The notes beneath the pieces were generated by a model. That model was not told the DNA's origin. It searched no databases and worked only from the letters and a program-made list of their open reading frames with translations. This document shows positions 37,270 through 47,411 of a stretch of 61,201 nucleotides of DNA, in pieces (the first letter of the stretch is position 1; each line of letters opens with the position of its first letter). The stretch lies in contig NZ_DATKQC010000198.1 in NCBI RefSeq assembly GCF_035532915.1, positions 1 to 61,201 on the forward strand. Reading direction: 5' to 3'. The translations under genes and the position numbers were made by a program. This DNA comes from Edaphobacter sp. (lineage in GTDB: Bacteria; Acidobacteriota; Terriglobia; Terriglobales; Acidobacteriaceae).

Positions 37270-38589
37270 TCAGGACTGGACTGAATCTCCGGTGGGCTCC
37301 ACGATGAGGGTGAGGCCGTCGACGCTGCGCACAAGGACAGCGGCCCCGGCCGGCAGCGCGGCATGGTTGCGAAGAGACGCTTGCCACAACTCGCCGCGAA
37401 TCTCGACCTGGCCGTTCGGGGTAAGTGGAGTCTGGGCAATTGCGACGCCTCCGACCATGGCCTGGGGGCCGGTCAGGACTTTGCCGCGACGGGCGCGCAG
37501 GGCAATCCAGGCGAGTCCGAAGGAGATGGTCCCGAAGCCGATACCCGCGCCGAGAGCTGTCCCCGTGTGCACCTGCATCTCGGGCACGGAGGTGTTGACC
37601 AGCGTCGCCAGGCCGAAGACAAGGCAAATTGTTCCAGAGAGGGCCAACATGCCGTGGCTGGCGAACTTGGTTTCGAGCACCATCAGGACGAGGGCTGCAA
37701 TCAGCAACAGCACCGCCGTGTGGCGGATGGGCAGGAGGTTCAGGCCGAAGAGGCTGAGCAGAACCAGCAGGGTTCCGATGGAGCCGGGGATGATGGTTCC
37801 GGGAACGTTGAATTCGAGATAGATGAGCAGCCCGCCGAGGACAAGAAGGAGAACGGCGAGGTTGGGATCGGTAAGCCGGGTGAGCAGACGCTCGCGCAGG
37901 GAGGGCGCGATTTCGGTGATGGTCGCACCCTGCAGGTGCAGGGTTGTGGAGCTGCCGTCGAAGCGCTTGATCTCGCGGCCGTCGAGCGAAGACAGCAGCG
38001 ACTGGTCGTTGCTGGCGATCAGGTCGATGAGCTTGAGGTTGAGTGCCTCCTCGTCGCTGTAGGACTTCGAGTTACGAACGGCGTCTTCGGCAGCCTGCAC
38101 GTTGCGCCCGCGACGAGAGACGTAGGAGCGGAGAAAGGCCGCGGCGTCGTTCTCGATCTTTTGCTTGAGGATGGCGTCGGGCTCGCGGCCTTCGGTGACA
38201 GGATGAGAGGCCCCGGCGTTGGTTCCGGGGGCCATGGCAGCTATATCTGCGGCTTCGAGCAGAAAGAATCCTGCAGAACCGGCGCGGCTGCCGGTAGGGG
38301 AGATATAGACGATGACGGGAACAGAAGATTTTTCGATGGATTCGACCATGACGCGGGTCGATTCGAGCAGACCGCCCGGTGTGCCGAGAGAGACGATGAC
38401 CGCGCTGGCGTGGAGGCGGGCTGCCGCGTCGAGGCCGCGCTGGAGATAATCGGCGGTGATGGGCTGAACGGTGTCGTGGATGATTAGCTTCACGACGACG
38501 GGCTTTGCGGTGTCGGCGCGCGCGGCCACGGGCAGAAGGCACGGGAGCAGGCAGACGAGCGCGAAGAGGAACTTCAGCGAGGTCTTCAT
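37270..38589 (-). CDS. NfeD family membrane-bound serine protease (long form)
   Basis: TPGGL, AGSAG, AAMAPGTNAGASHP, TM bundle, C-terminal OB fold (GQVEIRGELWQA). Confidence 0.9.
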   Translation of the reverse strand: MKTSLKFLFALVCLLPCLLPVAARADTAKPVVVKLIIHDTVQPITADYLQRGLDAAARLHASAVIVSLGTPGGLLESTRVMVESIEKSSVPVIVYISPTGSRAGSAGFFLLEAADIAAMAPGTNAGASHPVTEGREPDAILKQKIENDAAAFLRSYVSRRGRNVQAAEDAVRNSKSYSDEEALNLKLIDLIASNDQSLLSSLDGREIKRFDGSSTTLHLQGATITEIAPSLRERLLTRLTDPNLAVLLLVLGGLLIYLEFNVPGTIIPGSIGTLLVLLSLFGLNLLPIRHTAVLLLIAALVLMVLETKFASHGMLALSGTICLVFGLATLVNTSVPEMQVHTGTALGAGIGFGTISFGLAWIALRARRGKVLTGPQAMVGGVAIAQTPLTPNGQVEIRGELWQASLRNHAALPAGAAVLVRSVDGLTLIVEPTGDSVQS

Positions 38590-40274
38590 GGGATGCGTTG
38601 TCCGCGCGCGAGCAGGGTTTGCCGCAGGGCCAGGGCTGCCGGGTCCCTGGGGTCAAGTTTCAGAGCGTTGCTGACATCCGCCGCAGAGGCGTCCATCTGC
38701 TTGGCTTCGAGCTCGATCTTGGCGAGAACGACGTATGCCCCTGATGTTGGCTGGAGCTTCAGCGAAGCCTGCGCCTCGGAGCGCGCGTCGTCGATATTGC
38801 CGGTGTGCTCGCGCACTTTGGCGAGTCCCGTATGCGGTGCGGGACTGGAGGGGTCGGCGGCGATGGCGGCCTGGAACTCCTGCTCGGCTTCGGGAATGAG
38901 TCCTTGTGTCAAGTAGTCGTTGCCGGATTGCGTGTATTCGACCGCCTGTTTGGCGGGGGGCAGTCCAGCCAGACGCATGGCGCGCATCTGGTCGAGCTGA
39001 AAGGCCGCCTGGCGGAAGGAGGCCTCCGAGTACGTCCTGCGGATGCGCTCCAGCGGGTCGAAGTCGGAGTCATCCGTGGATGACGTTGCAGCATTGGCGG
39101 TGTCGGGTTTGGCCGCGGTCGCCTGAGACGGCTTGAGGCTTCTGCCGGAACGGACGCGGGCCTTCAGCATGGTCGCTTCCTTGTCGGTGGGGCGAAGCTT
39201 CAATGCCTCGTCGACCTCTCGCTGTGCACCGGCGAAATCGCCCTGGCGCAGCAGAGCCACCGCGAGGTTGTAGTGGTAGTCCTCGTCGTTGGGGTCGGCG
39301 GTGGAGGCCCGCTGAAAGAGAGGAATCGCATTGTGGCCCTGACGGCTGGCCGCCACTCCCTGATTGTTGACGACTTCGGGAAGGGGAAGACGGCTGGCGA
39401 CGAACGCAAACGCCGCCTCAGCGTCGGCATATTTTCCGGAGTTAAACCGGGCGAGGCCAAGGTAGAAACCGGCTTCGAGCGCACGGCGGTCGTTATGGGA
39501 CACCTTGGCAAGGGTCGTGGCCGCATGATCGTAGTCGCGCTGGGTGAACTGCACTTTTCCAAGGGCGAGCAGAGCCGCAGGATAGTTAGGCGCAAGGGTA
39601 GTGGCCATCTGCAGGCGCTTGATCTGCTCCTGCGGCGAGGATGCGCTGATGCCGCGAATGTAGTTCTCAAAGGCGCTGAGGGGAACTCCTCCGGCAGCGG
39701 AGAGGAAAGTCTGCTGGGCGACATTGAAGTGGGGATCGATGTGTTTCGCGATCGTCCAGGCGATGGAGTTTTCAACATCGAAGAGGCGGGGCAGCTCGCT
39801 GGAGTCGTCGAGCGGCTGCGAGAGGTTCAGCTTGTCGACATTAAGGATCTGCGCCTGAACGTTGATACGGCCCTTGCTGACGGTGTAGCTGCCTACGATC
39901 ACGAAGTTGGCGTCGAGGGTTTGGGCGATGCGGATGGTGGTGGCGCGGCTGGGCTTGAAGTCCACAGGAAGGCCGAGATGGTCGAGCGCGAACTGGCGGT
40001 CGTCGGTCGAGATGGTGAGAAACCCGGCGGACGCAAGACGCTGATTAAGCGTGTCCGGAAACGAATCGCCGATCCAGTCGAGATTAGGCTGGCCGGAGCG
40101 GTTGTCGAAGGGCAGAACCAGAACGACTCGTCCCGTGGCCTGAACCGCGTCACCGTCTGGTGCGCTCTGTGCAGCGCGGGCGCGGGGCGCGAAACTAAGG
40201 GAGCAGCACAGCAGGAGTGCTACGGGCAGGCATGTTTTTTGGAGAATCGAGCGCGGGTTGAACGGTCTCAGCAC
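38586..40274 (-). CDS. Exported tetratricopeptide-repeat protein with TolB-N-like domain
   Basis: Signal peptide, VLVLPFDN domain, multiple TPRs (e.g. YHYNLAVALLRQGDFAGA). Confidence 0.85.
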   Translation of the reverse strand: MLRPFNPRSILQKTCLPVALLLCCSLSFAPRARAAQSAPDGDAVQATGRVVLVLPFDNRSGQPNLDWIGDSFPDTLNQRLASAGFLTISTDDRQFALDHLGLPVDFKPSRATTIRIAQTLDANFVIVGSYTVSKGRINVQAQILNVDKLNLSQPLDDSSELPRLFDVENSIAWTIAKHIDPHFNVAQQTFLSAAGGVPLSAFENYIRGISASSPQEQIKRLQMATTLAPNYPAALLALGKVQFTQRDYDHAATTLAKVSHNDRRALEAGFYLGLARFNSGKYADAEAAFAFVASRLPLPEVVNNQGVAASRQGHNAIPLFQRASTADPNDEDYHYNLAVALLRQGDFAGAQREVDEALKLRPTDKEATMLKARVRSGRSLKPSQATAAKPDTANAATSSTDDSDFDPLERIRRTYSEASFRQAAFQLDQMRAMRLAGLPPAKQAVEYTQSGNDYLTQGLIPEAEQEFQAAIAADPSSPAPHTGLAKVREHTGNIDDARSEAQASLKLQPTSGAYVVLAKIELEAKQMDASAADVSNALKLDPRDPAALALRQTLLARGQRIP

Positions 40275-40298
40275 AGCTATGAGTATAGAGCTTGCGTG

Positions 40299-41915
40299 TC
40301 AGCGCGGCAGCCTGAGAGAAGCGTCGACGATACGGGGGAAGCGAAGCACGGCGGCCCACTCTCCTTTGCGGTGCGCCTGCCAGACGACCTCGCCGTGCAG
40401 AAGGGCCGCGGCTGCGGCGGGATGCATATCGTGGTGGAAGTCGAAGAACTTCGTGTCTTCCGATTCGTTGGGTTTGCCGAGATTGAGAGTGCCGGGCGGC
40501 GGCTCCCATTTGGTGGAGAAGATAAAGGCCGTGTCGTAGGCTCCGGGGTCGGCTGCCGCTTTCTGCATCTGCTCGATGGAGAAATTGGGGATGGCCACGG
40601 TCTTGATGGGGTGATGCGTATAGCCGATCTCGGGTCGGCCCAGCTCCGAGGTCGCAGGCCATGCTGTCAGCACGGTGGCTTGCGGGTAGTTCCGCTCGAT
40701 GAAGTGGACAGCCTGCTGGTGCAGGACGATCATGTCGCGGTAGGTGAGGTTGTCTTCGGGCGCGAAGGCGTAGGGCGGATTGATCCAGATGCCGCTGAGG
40801 AAGGCCGCAGCGCTGAGCGCGGCGATGAGCCACCACTGGCGCAGATGACGGCGCCAGGTCGAGACGCAGAGCAGCAGCACCAAAGGATACATCGGCAGCA
40901 GATAGCGTGTGAGCAGCGCTCCGCCAAGGATGGAGAAGGCGATCCAGTTAGCCAGAAGGATGACTGCGATGGCCTTGAGCGCCGATTTGCGAATCGCTCG
41001 TGGAGCCGTCGCAGAAGTGACAGGGATGAGGATGACAGCCACCGTAGCGACGACCGGGACGAACATGTTCATGTGCATCGTCAGGTGAAGAAACCGGTGC
41101 CACAGGCAGAGCGCGATGCGATAGGCGCTGAGGTTCGCGGTGGCGTTGTAGCGAAGGAACTCAGGGTTGCCGAAGATGAAGCCGGTGCGGTGGTAGTGGT
41201 AGGCGTACCAGGCCACGAGCGGTGCGATGGGGAAGAGAAGGGCAGCTATCCAGCGTAAGCTCTGGCGTTTGTTTGTGGCGCGGCATTGAAGGAAGAGGAT
41301 TACCTCCCATAGCGCGAGCGCCGCAGGAGTCATGATCGCGGTCTCCTTGGAGAGAACGGAGAGGGAGAACATGACTGCCGCGAGAATTTGATTCTTTGCC
41401 GTGCTTTGGTTTGCATCGTCGCGGTCGAAGGAGAAGGCCAGGCCCCAAAGCGTGAAGGCAGCGGCGAAGATGTCGGCGTGCGCGAGCGTACTTTGCGCGA
41501 ACCAGATGGGATAGATCGCGGTCAGCACGGTCACGACCGGGGCAGCGATGGCCCCAGCGAGGGTGCGCGTCAGCTTGTAGACGCCGAGCAGGGCCGAGGC
41601 GCTCACGATGCAGACCAGCGTGCGCGTGCCGCTGACGACGAATCCCGAGAGATGCCACCACGCCGCCAGCAGGATGGAAGGCAGCGGCGGGTGCGCGTTG
41701 GTGATGGTGGTCTGCGGGATGAGGCTGCCGGTGCGGAAGAAGTCCCACGCGGCAGGGATATAGTAGCCGCCTTCGTCCCAGAAGTAGGGAAGGCGAAGCA
41801 GGGTGAGATGCGAGAGATAGACAACCGCGAAGAAGAGCGGGAAGAGCATCCAGAGGGGGATGTCGCCCGGTGTGGAGTTGCCAGGTCTTGCGCTGAATTT
41901 CTTCGGGGTTCGCAC
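40299..41915 (-). CDS. ArnT/PMT-like (GT-C) membrane glycosyltransferase
   Basis: YFWDEGGYY (DE motif), HPPL, SKET, RYLLP, many TM segments. Confidence 0.82.
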   Translation of the reverse strand: MRTPKKFSARPGNSTPGDIPLWMLFPLFFAVVYLSHLTLLRLPYFWDEGGYYIPAAWDFFRTGSLIPQTTITNAHPPLPSILLAAWWHLSGFVVSGTRTLVCIVSASALLGVYKLTRTLAGAIAAPVVTVLTAIYPIWFAQSTLAHADIFAAAFTLWGLAFSFDRDDANQSTAKNQILAAVMFSLSVLSKETAIMTPAALALWEVILFLQCRATNKRQSLRWIAALLFPIAPLVAWYAYHYHRTGFIFGNPEFLRYNATANLSAYRIALCLWHRFLHLTMHMNMFVPVVATVAVILIPVTSATAPRAIRKSALKAIAVILLANWIAFSILGGALLTRYLLPMYPLVLLLCVSTWRRHLRQWWLIAALSAAAFLSGIWINPPYAFAPEDNLTYRDMIVLHQQAVHFIERNYPQATVLTAWPATSELGRPEIGYTHHPIKTVAIPNFSIEQMQKAAADPGAYDTAFIFSTKWEPPPGTLNLGKPNESEDTKFFDFHHDMHPAAAAALLHGEVVWQAHRKGEWAAVLRFPRIVDASLRLPR

Positions 41916-41919
41916 TCTC

Positions 41920-42243
41920 TTAGTGGACGGGGCCGTTGGCCTGCGGAGGGACCTGCTCCAGCGTGATCTGCCCGAAGGCCTGCTCGTACTGGGCGAGGTT
42001 GTGGCCGAGGACGTTCCATAGGGCCTTGGCCTGCTGCGGGCTGAGATAGATGCCCTCGAAGTTCTTGACGTGCAGCTCTTCGGGAGTGTCCTGAGTCATG
42101 GTGCCGAAGACCAGGAAGAAGTCCCACACGCTCATGCGGACCTGCACGCTGTTGGCGTAGTCTTCGCGATAGTTCTCGGTGTTGGAGAGTCGGAGTGCGG
42201 GCTGTTCGGTCGGCTGGTTGGCCGTGGTCTTGGGCTGGCTCAT
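41920..42243 (-). CDS. DUF3467-like protein
   Basis: YANSVQV...DFFLVFG...IYLSPQQAKAL...YEQAFGQI. Start ATG 42243; the ORF-track extension runs through the tRNA. Confidence 0.8.
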   Translation of the reverse strand: MSQPKTTANQPTEQPALRLSNTENYREDYANSVQVRMSVWDFFLVFGTMTQDTPEELHVKNFEGIYLSPQQAKALWNVLGHNLAQYEQAFGQITLEQVPPQANGPVH

Positions 42244-42290
42244 TTGGATCGCTTTCGAGAGACTACTCTGTGGGGCGGATGGTAAAGATT

Positions 42291-42375
42291 TGGTGCGAAA
42301 GAGGGGACTTGAACCCCTATGGATTGCTCCGCCAGATCCTAAGTCTGGTGCGTCTGCCAATTTCGCCACTTTCGC
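42291..42375 (-). tRNA. tRNA-Leu (anticodon TAG)
   Basis: Minus strand GCGAAAG...CCAGA-CTTAGGA-TCTGG, long variable arm, GGTTCAAGTCC, CTTTCGC-ACCA. 85 nt. Confidence 0.97.
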
Positions 42376-42438
42376 ATTGTGTAGGGCTTGCTCATTTGCT
42401 GGCTGCGCGGTTTGGATGTGCCATCAACAGCGTACTGG

Positions 42439-43101
42439 TTAAGGCAGGGCTAATGCAATGGGACTTGATTCGATCTGCCAGAGTTCGGTGGTAAGCAGAC
42501 CCGCGAGCGAGTGGTGGTGGGCGAGGCGTGTCAGTCCGGCTTTGGCGAGGGGGGATGCATAGTCGGGAAGGTGGGTGGTGCGCAGGCCGGTGATGATACG
42601 GAATGCGAGGTAGAGAGAGCGGACGAGGATGCGTGCGGGGAGACGCATGTGTCCCTCTGGGATGCGAAAGTCGGAGATGAGCCAGAGAGCGTCTGGCGTG
42701 AGCGTAGGAGCGATGCGGTCGATGAGCGCTTCCACGTCGGATTGGGTAAGGCAGTCGAGAAAGAAATGGGTGACGACGAGATCGTAAGCTTCGGTGGGCG
42801 CGAAGGAGAGTGCGCTGGTGTGGTGGGTCTCGAGGCGTGTGGCGCTGGCTTCGCAACGCTGCCTTAAGAGTTGAAGCATGGTCGCGCTGGAGTCTACGGC
42901 GTCGACATGAATGCGGAGGTTGGCGGCCATGAGGGCCGCGAGGAAACGGCCGTCTCCATCGCCGATCACAAGGGCCTTTTTCTGATTGAGCAGCTTGGGG
43001 AGGAAGTGCAGGCGGCACCGTTCCAGCGCGCGGCCCAGAGTTAAGTATTCGAGCCAACGGTAAGGACGGGCGATGGGGTTGAAGTTGGGTTCAGGGTTCA
43101 T
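42439..43101 (-). CDS. Class I SAM-dependent methyltransferase
   Basis: FNPIARPYRWLE, LVIGDGDGRF, AVDSSATM, YDLVVTHFFLD, ISDF. ATGA overlap with the upstream gene. Confidence 0.85.
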   Translation of the reverse strand: MNPEPNFNPIARPYRWLEYLTLGRALERCRLHFLPKLLNQKKALVIGDGDGRFLAALMAANLRIHVDAVDSSATMLQLLRQRCEASATRLETHHTSALSFAPTEAYDLVVTHFFLDCLTQSDVEALIDRIAPTLTPDALWLISDFRIPEGHMRLPARILVRSLYLAFRIITGLRTTHLPDYASPLAKAGLTRLAHHHSLAGLLTTELWQIESSPIALALP

Positions 43102-44009
43102 CGACGCAGAAAGGGAATGAGCAGCAGGGGAGTGAGCAGCACAAGATCTGCGGCGGCGCGGAGAGCAAGCGGTGCGATGCGGCGACGACGATGGTGCAGC
43201 ACCAGCAGAAGAGCGGCAGAGACAGCGGTGGCGAGAGGAATCTGCCATGGAGCGCGATGAAAGAGGACGCTGAGAATCGTTCCCGCGAAAGCGATGGCAA
43301 CTGCGAAGAGCGGAAGATGGCGCAGCGCAAATCGGGTGGTGGCGTGGGCGGGATGGTCGGGAGCGGAAGGCCGCTCGGGATCGTGCTCCCACGCGTAGAT
43401 GAAGAGGCAATTCAAACTGCAAAGCATCGCCAGGAGAAGCGCCGAGGGCAGCAGGACAAGGCGTAGGCTGGGCTCACGCGCGACAGTAGGGATGAAGGTG
43501 GCGGCGGCGAAGAAGATGCCGACGGCGATCTCCTTGGGAAAGCGGTGGGCGCTGCGGGTGGCGTGGATGAGAATGAAGTATCCGAAGAGCAGACCGCCCA
43601 GGATCAGATAGAGATGGATGGCTCCCGTCGAGAGGCGAAGCAGTAACGGCGCGAGTCCCGCCGAGGCGAGCAGTATTCCCGTGAGGAAGCCGGTTCGGTG
43701 GCGGTGGTGGAAGTAGTGGCGGGCTTCGAGGTGTTGCTCCTGCGGCGACTGGCTATCGAGCATCCGGGTGTCGAGCAGCCGATCCGCCGCGTACAGCATC
43801 CAGACGGCGAGAAACATCGCGGCAATGGAAGAGAGGGGAAGGCGCATGTGGTCGGCGGCAGCGATAAACCATACCCAGAGAGCGGCGATAGTGGGAGCAT
43901 CGAGCGAGAGCAGATGCCACAGCCCAAGAACAGAGCGCTGTTTTCGAGAGGGGGGCTTTGTGGCTGGCGACAGCGTTGGTTGCGTCGAGATTGACGATGC
44001 GAGAGCCAC
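43098..44009 (-). CDS. Multi-TM membrane protein, possibly UbiA prenyltransferase-like
   Basis: About 8 hydrophobic segments; WHLLSLDAP, YAADRLLD (Asp-rich), RH and PKE motifs. Confidence 0.6.
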   Translation of the reverse strand: MALASSISTQPTLSPATKPPSRKQRSVLGLWHLLSLDAPTIAALWVWFIAAADHMRLPLSSIAAMFLAVWMLYAADRLLDTRMLDSQSPQEQHLEARHYFHHRHRTGFLTGILLASAGLAPLLLRLSTGAIHLYLILGGLLFGYFILIHATRSAHRFPKEIAVGIFFAAATFIPTVAREPSLRLVLLPSALLLAMLCSLNCLFIYAWEHDPERPSAPDHPAHATTRFALRHLPLFAVAIAFAGTILSVLFHRAPWQIPLATAVSAALLLVLHHRRRRIAPLALRAAADLVLLTPLLLIPFLRR

Positions 44010-44027
44010 ATCTTTATTTTAGGCGCG

Positions 44028-44061
44028 AAAAAAGGAGCAGCTCAAAGGGAGCCGCTCCTTT
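44028..44061. terminator. Intrinsic terminator after the GH57 gene
   Basis: AAAGGAGC.GCTC...GAGC.GCTCCTTT stem preceded by an A-run (U-tract on the minus strand). Confidence 0.8.
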
Positions 44062-44078
44062 CTCTGTTGGTGACGTAA

Positions 44079-45932
44079 TTAAGCGGTCGCAGCATCTGCG
44101 GAAGGTGCAGGTGCTGCTTCTGCGGGAATCCTCGCCTGATCTTCTGCTTCGCGAACCTGATGAGCTCCGGCGACCCACAATCCGGGATCAACGTCCGGAA
44201 AGACACCGTCGCGCAATTCGATCTCCGCCAGCCGCGCCTCCTGAGTCGCAGTCAGTGAGCCGGCCGATTCAAACCCCTGCCAGATAGCCTTTACCTCATT
44301 GAACTGATCGTTATGCGTGAGAAAGCGAATCTCGGCGTAATCGCGAGCGGCCCCGGTAGTGATGAGGAACTGCCAATCGGAGGACTCTAGCAGAAGTAAT
44401 TCGCGGCAGAGCTGTTGCATGATGCGCTTGCCCAGTGCAGAGTTACGCCAGTGCCCGGCCGTGCAGACGTCACGCGTGTAAAGTTCGGCGGGATAGATAT
44501 GGGTGTAGGTCCACGAGGTCTCTGGGTTCATCCAGACGTGATTGTTGCCCTGGGCTCCCCATGAGCCTTCGTGCATGGCGATGAAACCGGCACGGGGATA
44601 ACGTTCGAGGTATTCTGCGCAACTGATCAGCTCAATCCCGGTGTTGTGGTCGTGAATAGTGCGCGCCACGGCTTCGAGCCACAACGTTCCCTCGAACCAC
44701 CAGTGTCCGAACAGCTCGGCGTCGAATGGAGAGCAGAGGATGGGTGGAATGGTGTCGTTGAAGCCGGACTGAAGCGCCTCCCATACGAGGTGAACATAGT
44801 TGGCCGCGTGAGACTTCACGCGCTCTGCGGCCTCCTGGGGATAGTAGGGCTGCTTGTCGCCCATATCGACCTTGGAGCCGGTCACGCGCCAGTAACGATG
44901 ACCGCCGGGCCAGCGCTTCTTGTGAAAGTCGAGATAGGTGCCGTCACCGGGATAGCCGCTGTCACCGGACCAGACCTGGACGCCGGTACGCGGATCGCGA
45001 GGAAAGATGGTGGTGGCGTTGCTCTTATCGTAGGGACCGTCGACGTAGTAGGGCTGGTAGAGGCGGCGATAGTCGCGGTGCGTCATCTGCTCGGTCTGCT
45101 CGTCGGTGGGGACGGCACCGTTCTTCAGTTCGTAAGGCGAGGGAACGCGGTGCGACTCTTCGACGAGATGGGTATCGACGAAGAAAAAATCGATGTTGGA
45201 TTCAGAGAGCGCCTGCTCCACGCCGATGCGGTCGAAGCCCGGAGGCGTGGGCGTTCCGTCGGCGTTGGCCACGGGATAGTTCCAGAAGCCTGCGGGACGG
45301 TAGCCGCACTCTGGCGCCCAGATGCCCTTGGGATGCTGGCCAATGTGGCGGATATGGGTGGAGACGGCGGTGCGAATTTGGGCACGAACGCTCTCGTCGG
45401 TTCCCAGCAGCGGCATATAGCCGTGGGTGGCGCCGCAGGTGATGATGTCGATGAGGCCGATGTCGTTGAAGTGGCAGAAGGCCTTGATGATGTTCTGGTC
45501 GAAGTGGTTGAAGTCTTCGAGCGCCTGGGAGAAGAAGCGGTGCCAGAAGCGCGCGGTCTCCGCGTAGTGGGCCTCGCCGGACTGCGTGAAGAATGCCTCG
45601 TCTTCCTGCGCGGCCACGATCTTTCGCCCGAGATAATTCGGAAACTCCGCGATGAACACAGGGTGCGAGAGCTGTTCCAGCAGGATAGGCGAGAGATTGA
45701 GGTTGCAGTTGAAGCGGATGTTGTCGCGTTCAAGATCTTTGAGCACGCGAAGCAGCGGCAGATAAGTTTCGGCAGCGGCCTCGTGCAGCCACTCCATGCC
45801 ATGCGGCCAGGTGCCGTGATTGACAACGTAAGGCAGATGAGCGTGCAGGGTGAAGGTTAGAAACCCTGACGGCTTCTTTGTCGTGTTGGCCGCTATTTGG
45901 GGCGATGCCTTCGTCAAGACGGAGTACCTCAA
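44079..45932 (-). CDS. GH57 family 1,4-alpha-glucan branching enzyme (with DUF1957)
   Basis: LHAHLPYV, WAPECGY (nucleophile Glu), PFDAELFGHWWFEG (acid/base Asp), ESSDWQF. Start uncertain. Confidence 0.9.
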   Translation of the reverse strand: MRYSVLTKASPQIAANTTKKPSGFLTFTLHAHLPYVVNHGTWPHGMEWLHEAAAETYLPLLRVLKDLERDNIRFNCNLNLSPILLEQLSHPVFIAEFPNYLGRKIVAAQEDEAFFTQSGEAHYAETARFWHRFFSQALEDFNHFDQNIIKAFCHFNDIGLIDIITCGATHGYMPLLGTDESVRAQIRTAVSTHIRHIGQHPKGIWAPECGYRPAGFWNYPVANADGTPTPPGFDRIGVEQALSESNIDFFFVDTHLVEESHRVPSPYELKNGAVPTDEQTEQMTHRDYRRLYQPYYVDGPYDKSNATTIFPRDPRTGVQVWSGDSGYPGDGTYLDFHKKRWPGGHRYWRVTGSKVDMGDKQPYYPQEAAERVKSHAANYVHLVWEALQSGFNDTIPPILCSPFDAELFGHWWFEGTLWLEAVARTIHDHNTGIELISCAEYLERYPRAGFIAMHEGSWGAQGNNHVWMNPETSWTYTHIYPAELYTRDVCTAGHWRNSALGKRIMQQLCRELLLLESSDWQFLITTGAARDYAEIRFLTHNDQFNEVKAIWQGFESAGSLTATQEARLAEIELRDGVFPDVDPGLWVAGAHQVREAEDQARIPAEAAPAPSADAATA

Positions 45933-46028
45933 GGAAGTAATTTCTTTCGGTAAAAGAAGCGTCGTGCGTGGAATATCTGGCCCGCTGATACCAAGTTTAC
46001 ACGAAGGATATCAAAGGAAATTGAGGTA

Positions 46029-46060
46029 ACAAGTGGCGGCGAATGCTTGCCGCCACTTGT
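46029..46060. terminator. Strong hairpin downstream of the BON gene (possible terminator)
   Basis: ACAAGTGGCGGC...GCCGCCACTTGT perfect 12-bp stem; weak U-tract. Confidence 0.55.
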
Positions 46061-46101
46061 GTAAGACCAATCAAACGGAACTAACTGGTTGGATGCGTCT
46101 T

Positions 46102-47220
46102 CTATTGCTGCTGGTAGTCCGGACGCTGTTGGAGATTAGGGTTATTGGAATCATTTCGCGAGTTATTGTTCGAGACGCGGAGCGAGATGGAATTGGTGAG
46201 ATGGAAACGGATGAGGCTCTCCGATGGAATCTGCACCTGTTCCCCCCTGGTAATGGCGTTGCTTCCGGCTCCGATTCCACCTCCCGCGGCGGCGCCGATG
46301 GCAGCGCCCTTGCCGCCGCCGAAGATGCCGCCCAGGATGGCTCCTACCGCTGCGCCTCCACCGGTTTTGATTGCCGTGTTCTTGCCGCGCCCCTTGCCCG
46401 CCAGGCTGTAGGGCTCGGTGGAGAGGGCCACGCTGCTGCCACGGTGACGAAGTCCGGTCAGCTCGATCGTCAACAGCGAGTTGCCCTTGAAGTGAGCCGC
46501 TTCCTGAACTGCATCGACGCGCCCGGAGACCGCGGTTCCGTGCGGAATGGCGACAGCGCCGTCGATGACGACATCGCTGGCCACGGTTCCGCTGAAACTG
46601 TCGCCCTGTTGGGTGCTGGCACTATCGAGCGTTTGGGTAATGCGGATGGGAAGCGTGGTGCCCGCCGGAATCGTAACGTCGCGGAAGGCGGGAGCCACAG
46701 GTCTCGCCGGAGACGGCGGAGGCGGTGGGGGCGGCGCGGCCTGAGCCGCCGCGGGCGGGGCAATGCGCTCGATGGGAGCGGAGGTGTGCTCCACCGGCCC
46801 GGGGCGGCGCTCCCTCTTCTTTGCCTCTTCCTTGCGAACTCGTGCAGGTGGTGGAGGCGGAGCGACTGCGGCTGCCTGAGGCGCTGACTCCGGTGCCGGC
46901 TGCTGCGCTTGCTGCACGGTGAGGTTATTGATAACGGTCCTAAGGCCAGCGACCTGGGCTGCGTCCGACGCGGCCAGCGAACGGGCGGCTTCGTTGCCGA
47001 CGGTGCCGTTGAGCGTGGCGACTCCGTTTTCTACCGTGGCTTGAATGGATTCGGGCTGAAGTGCGCTATCTGCGGCGAGGCGGGTCTGCACCGCGGTGGT
47101 CAGAGCGGCATCGTCGGGGGGAGGAGAGGATTTCTTGCAGCCGCTAAAGCTCAGGGCCACAGCGAAGACGGCGGCAAACGTAATGGCGCGCGGGAAGGAA
47201 ACAGTATGGGACTCGTGCAT
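46102..47220 (-). CDS. BON-domain lipoprotein
   Basis: Lipobox-like FSGC, BON domain (DAALTTAV...VENGVATLNGTV...VINNLTV), Pro-rich linker, glycine zipper GAAVGAILGG. Confidence 0.85.
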   Translation of the reverse strand: MHESHTVSFPRAITFAAVFAVALSFSGCKKSSPPPDDAALTTAVQTRLAADSALQPESIQATVENGVATLNGTVGNEAARSLAASDAAQVAGLRTVINNLTVQQAQQPAPESAPQAAAVAPPPPPARVRKEEAKKRERRPGPVEHTSAPIERIAPPAAAQAAPPPPPPPSPARPVAPAFRDVTIPAGTTLPIRITQTLDSASTQQGDSFSGTVASDVVIDGAVAIPHGTAVSGRVDAVQEAAHFKGNSLLTIELTGLRHRGSSVALSTEPYSLAGKGRGKNTAIKTGGGAAVGAILGGIFGGGKGAAIGAAAGGGIGAGSNAITRGEQVQIPSESLIRFHLTNSISLRVSNNNSRNDSNNPNLQQRPDYQQQ

Positions 47221-47411
47221 GGAACCTCGTTGGGGATAGAACTTCGAAATCACTGTAACTCACTCTACTCGTATCAGATGCTTTGATTGAGGCCAATGAC
47301 TGTACAAACAGCTGCAGCCACTGCCGAAGAGGGGCTGATTCATAGACGAATGCCGGGGCGCCAGCGTGAGGTCGGCGGTGGAAAGGTTGAGGAGCCGCCA
47401 ATGCAGATGGC

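Noticed and set aside
39273-41258. 661-aa plus-strand ORF (likewise 30995-32338, 37363-38487, 44571-45860)
   Set aside because: Antisense to well-supported genes, with no recognisable domains.
42244-42369. Extension of the DUF3467-like ORF
   Set aside because: It is the tRNA-Leu sequence read as codons.
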